This document shows positions 36,399 through 46,027 of a stretch of DNA of 64,000 nucleotides, piece after piece; the stretch's first letter is position 1; every line of letters begins with the position of its first letter. Position numbers and translations under genes: made by a program. The DNA is taken from IMG/VR virus record IMGVR_UViG_3300049979_000188. One strand, written 5' to 3'. The notes under the pieces are model-generated. The model was not told where the DNA came from and ran no database searches. It saw only the letters and a list, made by a program, of their open reading frames with translations. Source of the DNA: a virus.

Positions 36399-36797
36399 AT
36401 GGGAACTACCTATCTGAACCAAGTAAAGGGGCTGCGCGCCGGGGCGCTGCTCAGTATTGAGCTTGAAGAGAGTCGCCTGGGTTGCGGACACCTGAGTCTG
36501 TTTGGGCAGCCCTCGCGCCTCATTATTGACTTGCCCACGGGGGAAAAAGGCGTGGTACGCTTTATTAGCACGGGCGGTGATACGGGTGAAGACGGAGAGC
36601 TCGACGTTATCGTGGACGTGGAGCGGCGCTCTTACTTCTACCGTGAGCTTAGCACCGAGGCCCTGGCGGCTTGCGCCGATTACGCTTCGCGGATGGAAGA
36701 CATCTACCACGACGACGAGACCATCCCCGACCAGTACTACCGCCGTGATGCCCTCTTTACCGCCGCTGATAGGTACCCGGTAAAAAAGGCAGAATAA
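36399..36797 (+). CDS. Hypothetical cassette protein
   Basis: Own promoter and AACGGA leader. Confidence 0.85.
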   Translation: MGTTYLNQVKGLRAGALLSIELEESRLGCGHLSLFGQPSRLIIDLPTGEKGVVRFISTGGDTGEDGELDVIVDVERRSYFYRELSTEALAACADYASRMEDIYHDDETIPDQYYRRDALFTAADRYPVKKAE

Positions 36798-36879
36798 GTT
36801 AGTCAAAACGTAACCTTTCCTCCGAGCCCTGCGTAAAAGGACTCAGAAACCAACCCCTCACCCCTTTTTCTTCTTCTCC

Positions 36880-37323
36880 ATGTCTACTGCCGTTTCAACC
36901 CGCACCATCGCTGAACTCAACCTGGGTGACTACCCGCTGAGCCTTTCGCCCGAGCAACTGCTTTTTCTCTTTGGCGAGCAGGTGGCTATCAACGAAACCG
37001 ACCACTTCTGCCGGGTAAGCCCCACCCAGCCCCAGCTGCTGGAAGTATGGGTGAAGACGCGCGGCGATAAGAACTACGAGTTGCTCCCAGCCCACCTACC
37101 CACTGACTGGCTGCCCTTCACGGTAGACGCACGCTACGAAGACAACGACCAGCCCTACACGCAAACGGTACTGGCCACCGACGAGGCCCAGGCCAAGCGC
37201 ATCGTGCAAACGCTGGTCTACTACAGCAACCACGGTTCGGACGCAGACCCGGAGGAATTTTACGAGATGCTCGACGAGGACAGCCTGGAAGTAGCCGCTG
37301 GCTATCACAGCTACACGAACTAA
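36880..37323 (+). CDS. Hypothetical acidic cassette protein
   Basis: Own promoter, AGAAACCAAC leader. Confidence 0.85.
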   Translation: MSTAVSTRTIAELNLGDYPLSLSPEQLLFLFGEQVAINETDHFCRVSPTQPQLLEVWVKTRGDKNYELLPAHLPTDWLPFTVDARYEDNDQPYTQTVLATDEAQAKRIVQTLVYYSNHGSDADPEEFYEMLDEDSLEVAAGYHSYTN

Positions 37324-37420
37324 GTTTTTTTAGTATAAAGCGTAACCTTTCTCCCATCCCTGCGTAAAAGGACATGTACCCGGCAACGGAGCCGGGTACA
37401 CAACCCCCCTTCTCTTCCCA

Positions 37421-37783
37421 ATGGACATTACGGCCACCCCCGCCCTCACCCTGAACGTACCTGAGTTCTTTGCCCGCCTTGATTTTCAAGTGTGGCTCAA
37501 CTCCACCATCAGCTCGCTCAACGGCAGCCAGCGTGCTACCTGGCACAACCTGGGCACGGCCCCGAGCGAGTTCTCGGACACGTTCATCTACTACGAAGCC
37601 TCGGCTACCAAGGGACAGCCCGTAGCCCAGGTAGTAGCTGACATCCTGGCTGGGGAAACCCAGGTGGACGGCTCGGACTTCGATGAGCTCTTTCCCCGTG
37701 AGCTCAAGGTGGAAGTCTACAAGGCCTGCGAGTCGGTTGGCTTTTACGAGGGCATCATCCGCTTCACGAACCTCCCCGAATAA
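37421..37783 (+). CDS. Hypothetical cassette protein
   Basis: Own promoter and AACGGA leader. Confidence 0.85.
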   Translation: MDITATPALTLNVPEFFARLDFQVWLNSTISSLNGSQRATWHNLGTAPSEFSDTFIYYEASATKGQPVAQVVADILAGETQVDGSDFDELFPRELKVEVYKACESVGFYEGIIRFTNLPE

Positions 37784-37849
37784 ATTATTCGGGTAAAGGT
37801 AACCCCAGCTTTTTTTTCTTCGTATACTACCTCACCAACCTTCTTTCAC

Positions 37850-37897
37850 ATGGCTAAGATTAAAGCAACCAAAACCACCAAGACGCGCAAGCGCTAA
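37850..37897 (+). CDS. 15-aa basic micropeptide MAKIKATKTTKTRKR
   Basis: Hand-translated; only ORF between the class-B promoter at 37799 and the terminator at 37910. Confidence 0.7.
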   Translation: MAKIKATKTTKTRKR

Positions 37898-38024
37898 CTG
37901 GCCACCTGAAAAAACCTGACCCTAAAAAAGTCAGGTTTTTTTATTGCTGGGATGTAACCTTTCTCCTGGCCCTGCGTAAAAGGACATATACCAGGCAACG
38001 GAGCCTGGGTTAACCCCTACCACC

Positions 38025-38651
38025 ATGAAACTGACCCCCCACACCGTCCCGAATCTATTGGCCCTGGGTGACGAAACTGCTGCCCTGTACGCGCGCCTGC
38101 GCACAATGGTGGGTGATTTGGCCGCCTTCGGCTTCCCCGACGAAGTAATCATGCCCCTCTACACGGCAGCCGACCAGCTAAAGCACGCCACGGCAAACCT
38201 GGCGAAGAGCGGCAAAAAGCTCGTGGTTATCGAGAAAACCTTCCAGCACCGCCTGCACCTCTCAGCCCCCAATATTAAGCTGCCCACCCACTCGTTTCGT
38301 CTCGACATAGATGGCGAGGTTGAGCTCGAAGATGTACTCGAAGAAAAGGCCCGCGAGGCGTACGTGCGCTTCGATATGGCCGGACGTCGGGTGCGCCTGT
38401 ATCAGCGTCCGGTCACCACTACGGACCCCCAAGCTTGGGAAACTATCGACTACAATTACAACCTGGATACGGATGATTTCAGCGACCAGGACGACGAGCC
38501 CACGCTGATTCCCTTTGACGAGAGCCCCGTGCAAGATGAATGGATTGCCAACATTCGGTCGCAATATGGCGAAGAGATGGGGCCGAAGGAATGCTGGCGC
38601 TTAGCCGCTGACTACTACTACCAACTCAACGGCGTGCTACCAACCGAGTAA
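38025..38651 (+). CDS. Hypothetical cassette protein
   Basis: Own promoter and AACGGA leader. Confidence 0.85.
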   Translation: MKLTPHTVPNLLALGDETAALYARLRTMVGDLAAFGFPDEVIMPLYTAADQLKHATANLAKSGKKLVVIEKTFQHRLHLSAPNIKLPTHSFRLDIDGEVELEDVLEEKAREAYVRFDMAGRRVRLYQRPVTTTDPQAWETIDYNYNLDTDDFSDQDDEPTLIPFDESPVQDEWIANIRSQYGEEMGPKECWRLAADYYYQLNGVLPTE

Positions 38652-38772
38652 GTAAAAACCCTGACCCTAAAAAAGTCAGGGTTTTTTTCTGTGAACCTGT
38701 AACCTTTCCTCAGGGCTCTACGTAAAAGGAGGTGTAAAGCGCAACGGAGCACTTTACTCAAATTCCAACCAG

Positions 38773-39048
38773 ATGCAATCCATCACCAACATCAACCTGG
38801 ACGACCAACTGCGTCAAGCCGGCACGGGCCACGTCGCCGTGGTAGAGACCAAGCCGGACCCTGAGGACCGCCACGATAAGCCCAACTACGAAGTGATGGG
38901 TGCCATCCAGGCCCTACTGCAACGAGCGAACCTCGAAAGCGAGAACGGCTTCACGGTCGTCATTGATGTGCAGGGCAGCACGGAAGCAGGGCGTATCCTT
39001 CAGTGCGTCGTACTTGACAATTGCCTCGGGCCACTAGCCATTCACTAA
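38773..39048 (+). CDS. Hypothetical cassette protein
   Basis: Own promoter and AACGGA leader. Confidence 0.8.
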   Translation: MQSITNINLDDQLRQAGTGHVAVVETKPDPEDRHDKPNYEVMGAIQALLQRANLESENGFTVVIDVQGSTEAGRILQCVVLDNCLGPLAIH

Positions 39049-39090
39049 CAACTTGCCCGGGGCAACGGAGCCCCGGGCTACTATTTTTCC

Positions 39091-39426
39091 ATGAAAGATA
39101 CCCCCCGCATCCTGGCCACCTACGTGGCCCAGCGCATCGCCGAAAACGGTGACGTAGAAAACACGGGCAAGACCCAGGACTTCAACGTTACCAAAACCAT
39201 CCTCAATATGCCCGTGGCCGAGATTAAGGCCCTGGAAGACGACCAGTACGAAACCGATGCCTTGGTAGCCGAAGCCTCGCGCTGGGCGCGGGCACGCTCG
39301 CTTAAGCACCCCTTTGCCATCCGCGTGGAAGACGACCTGGCCCTGTTCTTCGAAGGGTTCGGCTGTAACCTGCTCACCCTCACCCAGGAGCAAGTGGACC
39401 GCATCCGCACGGAGCTCGGCTACTAA
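39091..39426 (+). CDS. Hypothetical protein
   Basis: Second cistron with its own AACGGA hairpin but no promoter. Confidence 0.85.
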   Translation: MKDTPRILATYVAQRIAENGDVENTGKTQDFNVTKTILNMPVAEIKALEDDQYETDALVAEASRWARARSLKHPFAIRVEDDLALFFEGFGCNLLTLTQEQVDRIRTELGY

Positions 39427-39518
39427 ACTTTTTTTCTTTTCTGCGTAACCTTTGCGCCGAGCCCTGCGTAAAAGGACCATGAAGCGCAACGGAGCGCTTC
39501 ACTACAACCCTCTTTTTT

Positions 39519-39974
39519 ATGAAAGTATCAACCACCACCCTGCGGCTCTTTACGCTAATCCATAACCTTGGCGGGAGTACTGCTTATCGCATGGAGCATA
39601 GTTTCACGGTAACTGATGTTGCTGGCAATGAGTTCACTGTGAGTGACATTGCCTGCATTGACGGTAAACTCTATGTTAACGGCCACAGCTTGCACAGGCT
39701 TGGTGAAGACGAGCTTAAGCGCCTGGCTACTTTCTTGGAAAAGAAATACGGTAAATTCCAGCGGGTAAGCCCCTACACTGTGGTAGGCGTAGACCCTGAA
39801 ACGGGCAAAGGCTACCAGCAGGTTATGTATGATTATGATGTAAACAGTGCGGCTTCTAAGCTGCTCGACATGCAGGACCTGCTTATTGCGGCCGTATACG
39901 AAGGGTATCTACCAGTGCCGTTTTTGGGTAACGATAACATGCAGCCTTACTTGACTGGCATAAATAAAGTATAG
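39519..39974 (+). CDS. Hypothetical cassette protein
   Basis: Own promoter and leader; AT-richer codons. Confidence 0.85.
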   Translation: MKVSTTTLRLFTLIHNLGGSTAYRMEHSFTVTDVAGNEFTVSDIACIDGKLYVNGHSLHRLGEDELKRLATFLEKKYGKFQRVSPYTVVGVDPETGKGYQQVMYDYDVNSAASKLLDMQDLLIAAVYEGYLPVPFLGNDNMQPYLTGINKV

Positions 39975-40069
39975 TTAAAAAAAAGTCCCTGGGGATGTAA
40001 CCTTTCCCCAGGGACCTGCGTAAAAGAACACATACCAGGCAACGGAGCCTGGACTAACTCCATCCCCAC

Positions 40070-40312
40070 ATGGCTTCTATCAAAAAACGCGCCCAGCTTG
40101 CCAAAGCTGCACTCAAGGCCTACACCGACCTCAAAGGAAAGGACGAAGGAACGGAGCCGCTACAAGACCGTACAGTTGACTTGATTGCGGACTTGCTACA
40201 CCTGGCCGCCAGCCAAGGGCTTGAGGCGGCGAGCATCTTACGCATTGCCCAGAGCCACTTTACGCATGAGCAGGAGGTTGCACTCAAGCAAGCAACAGCC
40301 AAAAATATTTAA
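40070..40312 (+). CDS. Small helical cassette protein
   Basis: Own promoter and leader; TVDLIADLLHLA motif. Confidence 0.85.
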   Translation: MASIKKRAQLAKAALKAYTDLKGKDEGTEPLQDRTVDLIADLLHLAASQGLEAASILRIAQSHFTHEQEVALKQATAKNI

Positions 40313-40404
40313 TATTTTTTCAGTTGAAAACGTAACCTTATCTCAGGGCTCTGCGTAAAAGGACATGTAAGCAGCAACGGAGCTGCTTATTAATTGCCGC
40401 CAAG

Positions 40405-40707
40405 ATGGCCGAAAAGAAAGAGTACCTCAACACCCCTACGGACCTGGGTTATACCAGCCGCACGATTGCCGCTGACGCGGTAATCCGCCACCAGGAAGAC
40501 ATTATCGAGAGCTTAAGCAAACAGTTAAGCGACGATGAACACGGGCATTATTACACCTACCGGGGACTCTTTGGCTTTAAGCTTAAAAAGCCGCAACTCA
40601 CCCTGGTTGGCCAGCATGTGAAGCTGATTATCACCCAATTTGAGCGCGGGCTCGTTTCCTTGCGTAAAGAGCTGGCGGAGTACGTGCGCGAAGATATTGG
40701 CACGTAA
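40405..40707 (+). CDS. Hypothetical cassette protein
   Basis: Own promoter and AACGGA leader. Confidence 0.8.
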   Translation: MAEKKEYLNTPTDLGYTSRTIAADAVIRHQEDIIESLSKQLSDDEHGHYYTYRGLFGFKLKKPQLTLVGQHVKLIITQFERGLVSLRKELAEYVREDIGT

Positions 40708-40749
40708 AAGCCCGGCAGGCGGGCGCAAGCGCCAAGTGGTTTACGTATA

Positions 40750-41010
40750 AAGGCCTGGCGGGGTAACTCGCTGGGCTTCTTTGCTGGGTTCTGAGCTGGT
40801 CAGCAACCCCGAACAACTGGCAGCGACGTGATTCCACGGCTCGTTCGGGTCGAGTGCTCTTAAATGCTGGGACATGGGTTTCCCCGGACTTTTTCCCGCC
40901 AGCAGCCTACTCCATACGGATTCCCCCGCTTACACGCACCCAGGTGAGAAGTCCCCCCTTACCTACCAGGCTACGCCTGTGGGGGTAAGGGGGGACTTTT
41001 TTCGCTCACC
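40750..41010 (+). ncRNA. Candidate structured non-coding RNA
   Basis: No convincing ORF; CGTATAAAGG -10-like box at 40744; several hairpins; ends in a 15-bp stem plus T-run (40949-41002). Confidence 0.35.
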
Positions 41011-41155
41011 TTCCAGCCGTTTGCCCTGCTTGCCGCATCCAGCTTGTGGTAATGGGTACAAAAGTTTTTCTGTAAAATTGGTAACCTTTTCACTGGCTAC
41101 CCCGTAAAAGGACTATCCTGGGCAACGGAGCCCGCGACCAACCAACCCCCCTACC

Positions 41156-41686
41156 ATGAAAACGTTGCTCACCCACCTGGTGCTGAATGTTAGCGCCCTC
41201 AACTCGAATACTCCCGCCCTGGTCCTTACGGCCACCAACGAGCCGGGTAGCTTCCAAGCCCTCGAAACCCTGCTCTACGGCGCAGATGGCCTCGACGAGC
41301 CCGACTACGAGACCTATCAAATCGACGTGCCCGCGCACGTTGCCAAGCTGCTCACCAGCCACCAGGCAGTGGTGGGCTACCTGGCCGCCAAGCTGGGCGA
41401 AGTAATCGGCGAGGACATTGCCTACGGCGTAGAAATCGTGCTCAAGCCCGGCGAGCAGACCAGCTACTGCTACGGCATCACCCCACCCAACGTGGCCACC
41501 TACTCCATCGACCAGGAGCAGGCCGAGGGCGAAGAGCGTCGCCCCTACTTCACCTTTCAGCAGGCACTGCACGGGGCGGAGATGCTCAAACGCCGCGAAA
41601 CCCACAACCTCATCACCATCACGCCCTACAACGCCCAGGGCGAGGTAATCGGCGATGATTACGTTTACTACGACGAAGTAAAGTAG
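41156..41686 (+). CDS. Hypothetical acidic cassette protein
   Basis: Own promoter and AACGGA leader. Confidence 0.85.
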   Translation: MKTLLTHLVLNVSALNSNTPALVLTATNEPGSFQALETLLYGADGLDEPDYETYQIDVPAHVAKLLTSHQAVVGYLAAKLGEVIGEDIAYGVEIVLKPGEQTSYCYGITPPNVATYSIDQEQAEGEERRPYFTFQQALHGAEMLKRRETHNLITITPYNAQGEVIGDDYVYYDEVK

Positions 41687-41742
41687 GCCGCACGGCAAGG
41701 AGCCAGGGGCCTATTTAGGGTCTCTGGCTAACCTGCTGTACT

Positions 41743-42309
41743 ATGACCCCTGAAACCCCCGACTTCGCCACCCAGGCGCGTGCCCTGGCCCAGGCTCTTA
41801 AGGACGTTTACCCCGACCTTTCCTTCGAGAAGGACCCCGACGCCAATACCGTCACCATCCACGCAGGTGGCCTCACGCTCGTCGTAGCCCCCATCCCGAC
41901 CGCAACCCCGCTGCAAGAGGGCACGGGCTCGTTTAAAGGCCGCGCCGGAGCCTACAAAGGAGAGGCCGCCTACGTCAATTCCGTGGGTGCCCAGCACCGC
42001 CAGGCTTACCGCGACGATAAAGCCTTCGATGCTACGGTGGACAGCCTCAAAGGGATGGATTTTGATGCGGTAGCCCCGGGCGAGATGAGCGGGGCGCAGT
42101 ACAAGGCCCTTTGTAATGCCCGCATTCAGGCCCAGAACCGCATCCGCTACGGCCAGCCCACCGACGAGCAGCGTGCCCTCTACGACCACCTGCACGAGCG
42201 CTGGGTAGCCGAGTACAAGGCCCAGCAAGCCAAGCAGGCCCAGCAGCCTGGACCCACCCTGGGCGGCAGCCAAGCCCCGGTTAACCCCAAAGGCTACGAA
42301 GGCGACTAA
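41743..42309 (+). CDS. Hypothetical protein
   Basis: Second cistron, ends at a terminator. Confidence 0.8.
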   Translation: MTPETPDFATQARALAQALKDVYPDLSFEKDPDANTVTIHAGGLTLVVAPIPTATPLQEGTGSFKGRAGAYKGEAAYVNSVGAQHRQAYRDDKAFDATVDSLKGMDFDAVAPGEMSGAQYKALCNARIQAQNRIRYGQPTDEQRALYDHLHERWVAEYKAQQAKQAQQPGPTLGGSQAPVNPKGYEGD

Positions 42310-42427
42310 GGAAGAGAACCCCGAAGAAATTCGGGGTTTTTTTACGGTTTAGTGTAACCTTCTCCCAGGGCTCGTCGTAAAAGGATACATAACCGGCAAC
42401 GGAGCTGGTTACCCAACCCCTACTACC

Positions 42428-42802
42428 ATGAAAATCCAAACCATCCTTGGCGGTCAGCTCGTTACCATAGCCGCCAAAGAGAGCCTAAACGGTTACTATC
42501 TTTACACAATAACCTCCGTAGCTACCGGGGGAACGTACACGTTTGAAGGGTCAGCCCCTAGCAACAACCATGATAACCTACGGCTAATAGGGTGGGCTGT
42601 TGCCAGTGATGCCGAACTCGGCATGGCCTCTACTTTAGAAGTATATGCGGATAGCACGGGGCGCAGCCTGGATACTACCGAGAATCAGCAAGAGGCCCAA
42701 GAGTCGTGGGAATCTTGCCAAGATTCCCTAGCGGCTTTTAAGCGCCTCGGTATGGACCCGGTTAAGGGTGAGTGCGCTAATCAGTTCACTATTCTAGCGT
42801 AA
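42428..42802 (+). CDS. Hypothetical cassette protein
   Basis: Own promoter and leader; AT-richer codons. Confidence 0.8.
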   Translation: MKIQTILGGQLVTIAAKESLNGYYLYTITSVATGGTYTFEGSAPSNNHDNLRLIGWAVASDAELGMASTLEVYADSTGRSLDTTENQQEAQESWESCQDSLAAFKRLGMDPVKGECANQFTILA

Positions 42803-42925
42803 AGGAAAAAACCTGGCCCTAAAAAAGTCAGGTTTTTTTCTTCCGTAAAAGTGTAACCTTTGACCCCAGCTGGGCGTAAAAGGACCATCAACGGCAACGG
42901 AGCCTGCGACTTCTCCCCTACCACC

Positions 42926-43345
42926 ATGTCAGCCTCTACCCATATCGACCCGCTAACGATTCCCTACGCTGAGCGCACGCCCACTACGGTTATGTTTCGC
43001 CGCTTCCCCAAAAAGGAGGGCGGCGAGGTAATCGCCCTGTTCCCTTACGAGCTCGACGATTACCAGGGCTACAAGTGCAGCTCGTACATGCACGTTGGCC
43101 AGCACGCCAGCGCCGGCTATTCAGCCATAGTTAGCTGCACGAAGCCCGCCAAGCTCACGGATGTGGATGTGGTGGCCCTGACCGCTGAATTGGAGCACCA
43201 AATCGGCTATCGGCTCGTGCCAGCCCAGATGGTAAACGCACGCCTGCTCGACAAGGCCCGCCTGGACTACCGTACGCACCTCAAACGCAGCGGGGCCGTG
43301 CCCAGCACCTGGTGGCCCGAAATTGCCCTTACGGCGGCTGAATAA
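42926..43345 (+). CDS. Conserved phage hypothetical protein
   Basis: Start reset to MSASTH; VMFRRF...VIALFP...SYMHVGQH motif. Confidence 0.85.
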   Translation: MSASTHIDPLTIPYAERTPTTVMFRRFPKKEGGEVIALFPYELDDYQGYKCSSYMHVGQHASAGYSAIVSCTKPAKLTDVDVVALTAELEHQIGYRLVPAQMVNARLLDKARLDYRTHLKRSGAVPSTWWPEIALTAAE

Positions 43346-43463
43346 GCAAATCCCCGGCCCTAAAAAAGCCGGGGATTTTTTCATGACTACCGTAACCTTT
43401 GCCCCGGGCTCTGCGTAAAAGGAGTATTCCTGGTAACGGAGCCAGGGGTTTACCGTAGCTGAG

Positions 43464-44018
43464 ATGTCCTGGACTAAGAAAAATACCACCAACCTGGGCG
43501 ACCTGCGCCGGATGCTGCATGAGCTCACCAGCGTGCGCGTACGCAACTGGGACGGGGTGATGGAGCTCCACGAGGCCCTGGCCCGTAAAAAAGCCCGCGT
43601 AGTCCATAAAGCCTGGGATGACGAAGTATACAACAACAACCCCAGGGTGTGGCCCCTGGACCTTACCGAGCTAGCTACCTGGTCCACCTACGACGCGCGG
43701 GAGTGCATCGACCTCGAATACAAGCTTCACCGCACTGGCATCCAAGTGCAGGTACAAATCTACGAGGGGCGCAACGATAGATACTTTGACCGTCCGCGCC
43801 GCAAATTTAACGCCGTGATTAACCTGCCGCTGGCTTTCCTGCGCACGGAGGCCCTGGCCAACCGCATCGACTGGGATTTTGATGCCTTGGTGGAGCACCG
43901 CCGCCACGACCAGCGCAAGGATAAGAAAGAAGCCTGGCTGGCCAAGGAGCGCAAGAAACTGCTCGAAGATAAGAGAATTTTTCGTAAATCTGTAACCTTT
44001 GCCCCGAGTTGGGCGTAA
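43464..44018 (+). CDS. Hypothetical cassette protein
   Basis: Own promoter and AACGGA leader. Confidence 0.85.
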   Translation: MSWTKKNTTNLGDLRRMLHELTSVRVRNWDGVMELHEALARKKARVVHKAWDDEVYNNNPRVWPLDLTELATWSTYDARECIDLEYKLHRTGIQVQVQIYEGRNDRYFDRPRRKFNAVINLPLAFLRTEALANRIDWDFDALVEHRRHDQRKDKKEAWLAKERKKLLEDKRIFRKSVTFAPSWA

Positions 44019-44066
44019 AAGGACCTGTAAGCCGCAACGGAGCCGCTTACCTTACTAATTCTTACC

Positions 44067-44636
44067 ATGAAAAAATTCACCGTGATGGGCCTCATGCTCA
44101 ATGAGAACGGTCCCTGGACGGGGCACATTGAAGCCCCCGATGAGGAAGCAGCCATCAACCAGGCCCAGCGTACCGTGTACGCCAATCACTACCTGCTGGA
44201 GCAGCCCGAGCTCTATCCGGTCCTGCCCGCGCACATCGTTCCCAAAGTGCTCGAAGTACTGATGGTATTCGACGGGTTCGTATACGGCATAATGGCTGAT
44301 GAGCTGGGTATCGAACGGGTCGAGCCTACCGAGCCGGCTGACTACCTGCTAACCTATCCCCATGCCACGGCCGGGGAGCTCGCCGAGTTTATCAAGCAGT
44401 GGTTCAACCAGCTGAAGAGCCCTGAGCAAGTGGTATTGGCGGAACCCATCGAGCTAAACCTGGGCGTATTCGGTGGGAGCCAGCCCGTGCGCATTATTGC
44501 CCTCACGCCCACCGGGGCCGAGGTGAGCGGGGCCGTGGAGCAGCTGGATTTGCAGCGCCTGGCCAATGTGCCGACCACCTACTATTTTAACCTCAATACG
44601 GCTGCGCTGCGTCGTATTGTACAGGCCCTGGCCTAA
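44067..44636 (+). CDS. Hypothetical cassette protein
   Basis: Own promoter and AACGGA leader. Confidence 0.85.
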   Translation: MKKFTVMGLMLNENGPWTGHIEAPDEEAAINQAQRTVYANHYLLEQPELYPVLPAHIVPKVLEVLMVFDGFVYGIMADELGIERVEPTEPADYLLTYPHATAGELAEFIKQWFNQLKSPEQVVLAEPIELNLGVFGGSQPVRIIALTPTGAEVSGAVEQLDLQRLANVPTTYYFNLNTAALRRIVQALA

Positions 44637-44757
44637 ACCCAAAAAACCCCAGCTAAAAAAGTTGGGGTTTTTTTGCGTCTCAGCGTAACCTTTGCTCAGG
44701 GCTCCCCGTATAAACCTCAGAACGCAGGCAACGGAGCCTGGGTTAACCCCTACTACC

Positions 44758-45087
44758 ATGAACCTCACTTCGTCACCTGCGCCGCACGAGACTTTTCCTT
44801 ACCTGCGTGCCTTCATGGAAGGTCGCCAGCTTGACTCCTACTCGCTGCCCTTCTTTCTGCAAGTAGTAACTGACACGGGCCGCGTGGTACCCGTCTGCGC
44901 TATTAGCTACAAGGCGTTGCCGGGTACCAGCACCAAGTACTTGCGCCTGGTCGTACCGGGGGAGGATGGGAGCCAGGTGGAGCTTAGTGCGGCTGAAATC
45001 AGCACCAAACAGTTCAAGATAGTAGCCGATGCCTTGGCCACGATGCTGGCTACTTCGCCCAGGATAACCAGTACCTCGGCAAAGTAA
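44758..45087 (+). CDS. Hypothetical cassette protein
   Basis: Start reset to MNLTSS, 22 nt after the loop. Confidence 0.8.
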   Translation: MNLTSSPAPHETFPYLRAFMEGRQLDSYSLPFFLQVVTDTGRVVPVCAISYKALPGTSTKYLRLVVPGEDGSQVELSAAEISTKQFKIVADALATMLATSPRITSTSAK

Positions 45088-45206
45088 CCAGCCTAATCTA
45101 CTAAAAACCCCAACTTTTTTAGTTGGGGTTTTTTTCACCCTTAACGTAACCTTTTCCCAGGGACCTGCGTAAAAGGACTCAGAAACCAACCCCCCCCTTT
45201 CTTTTT

Positions 45207-45956
45207 ATGAGCTACATTGCTTGCACCCCCCAGCTACTGCCAGCCCTGGCCCCCACCTCGATTGGCCTGCTCGTCGGCGACAGCGCCGTACATAGCATTG
45301 AGGCCGAGGCCCTCGGTACGACGGGCTGCATTTACCAGCACGTATACCTGCTGAGTGAGCGCCCCATCAACTCGGGCAATGTGTACTTCGACAAGGCCAA
45401 GCAGCAGGTGCTCGTGGCCCCTGAGATGGGCGCGGGCTACTTCAACCGCTACCCCGGTGACTACATCCGCGTGGAGGCCAGCACCGACCCCTCCCTGGGC
45501 CTGCCCGTGGTAAATGATACGGTCCTGGCCGCCTACGTAAAGGGCGCAAAATCAAGTCAAACGCAATTTCGCGTTTACCCTGGCACCCTGCCGGGTAGCG
45601 TGCCCGTGGTGGGCGTACGGATGCGCGAGTACACGGGCACGCTCTACAACACGGACCAGGAGCCCCGCGCCCTTACCCTGGCCGAGCTCATCGAGGTAGG
45701 CGTGGGCCAGGTTGGGTCCACTATGGCGGCTTCTGCGTTCGGCTCGGGCTACCTGCTCAACGACGGCAAGAAAAGCGCGCACCACTTCTACTCCGCGCCC
45801 GACTGGGCCATCTACGGCACCAATGAATGGGTACCCAATGAGGCGGGCCGCCTGGCGGTAAACGCTGTAATGGGTAAAGAGCACTACAAAGGGGGCGAAG
45901 ATTACCTGCCCGGCTCGATTATTATTTACAAACGAGAAGATTTTGTGGTCTTCTAA
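45207..45956 (+). CDS. Hypothetical cassette protein
   Basis: Own promoter, AGAAACCAAC leader. Confidence 0.85.
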   Translation: MSYIACTPQLLPALAPTSIGLLVGDSAVHSIEAEALGTTGCIYQHVYLLSERPINSGNVYFDKAKQQVLVAPEMGAGYFNRYPGDYIRVEASTDPSLGLPVVNDTVLAAYVKGAKSSQTQFRVYPGTLPGSVPVVGVRMREYTGTLYNTDQEPRALTLAELIEVGVGQVGSTMAASAFGSGYLLNDGKKSAHHFYSAPDWAIYGTNEWVPNEAGRLAVNAVMGKEHYKGGEDYLPGSIIIYKREDFVVF

Positions 45957-46027
45957 CGTAACCTTTCTCCCTGCCCTGCGTAAAAGGATTTACAAACGGT
46001 AACGGAGCCGTTTGTAAATCCTTTTTT

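Noticed and set aside
40755-40812. Twister ribozyme resemblance
   Set aside because: Only loose similarity by eye; conserved core and pseudoknots could not be assigned without a covariance model.
40874-41107. 77-aa ORF in the array gap
   Set aside because: Runs through a terminator and the next promoter, has no leader, and looks like translated non-coding DNA.
41694-41704. GGC-AAGGA-GCC as another promoterless leader hairpin
   Set aside because: Only 3 bp, 41 nt from the ATG, and competes with a longer downstream stem.
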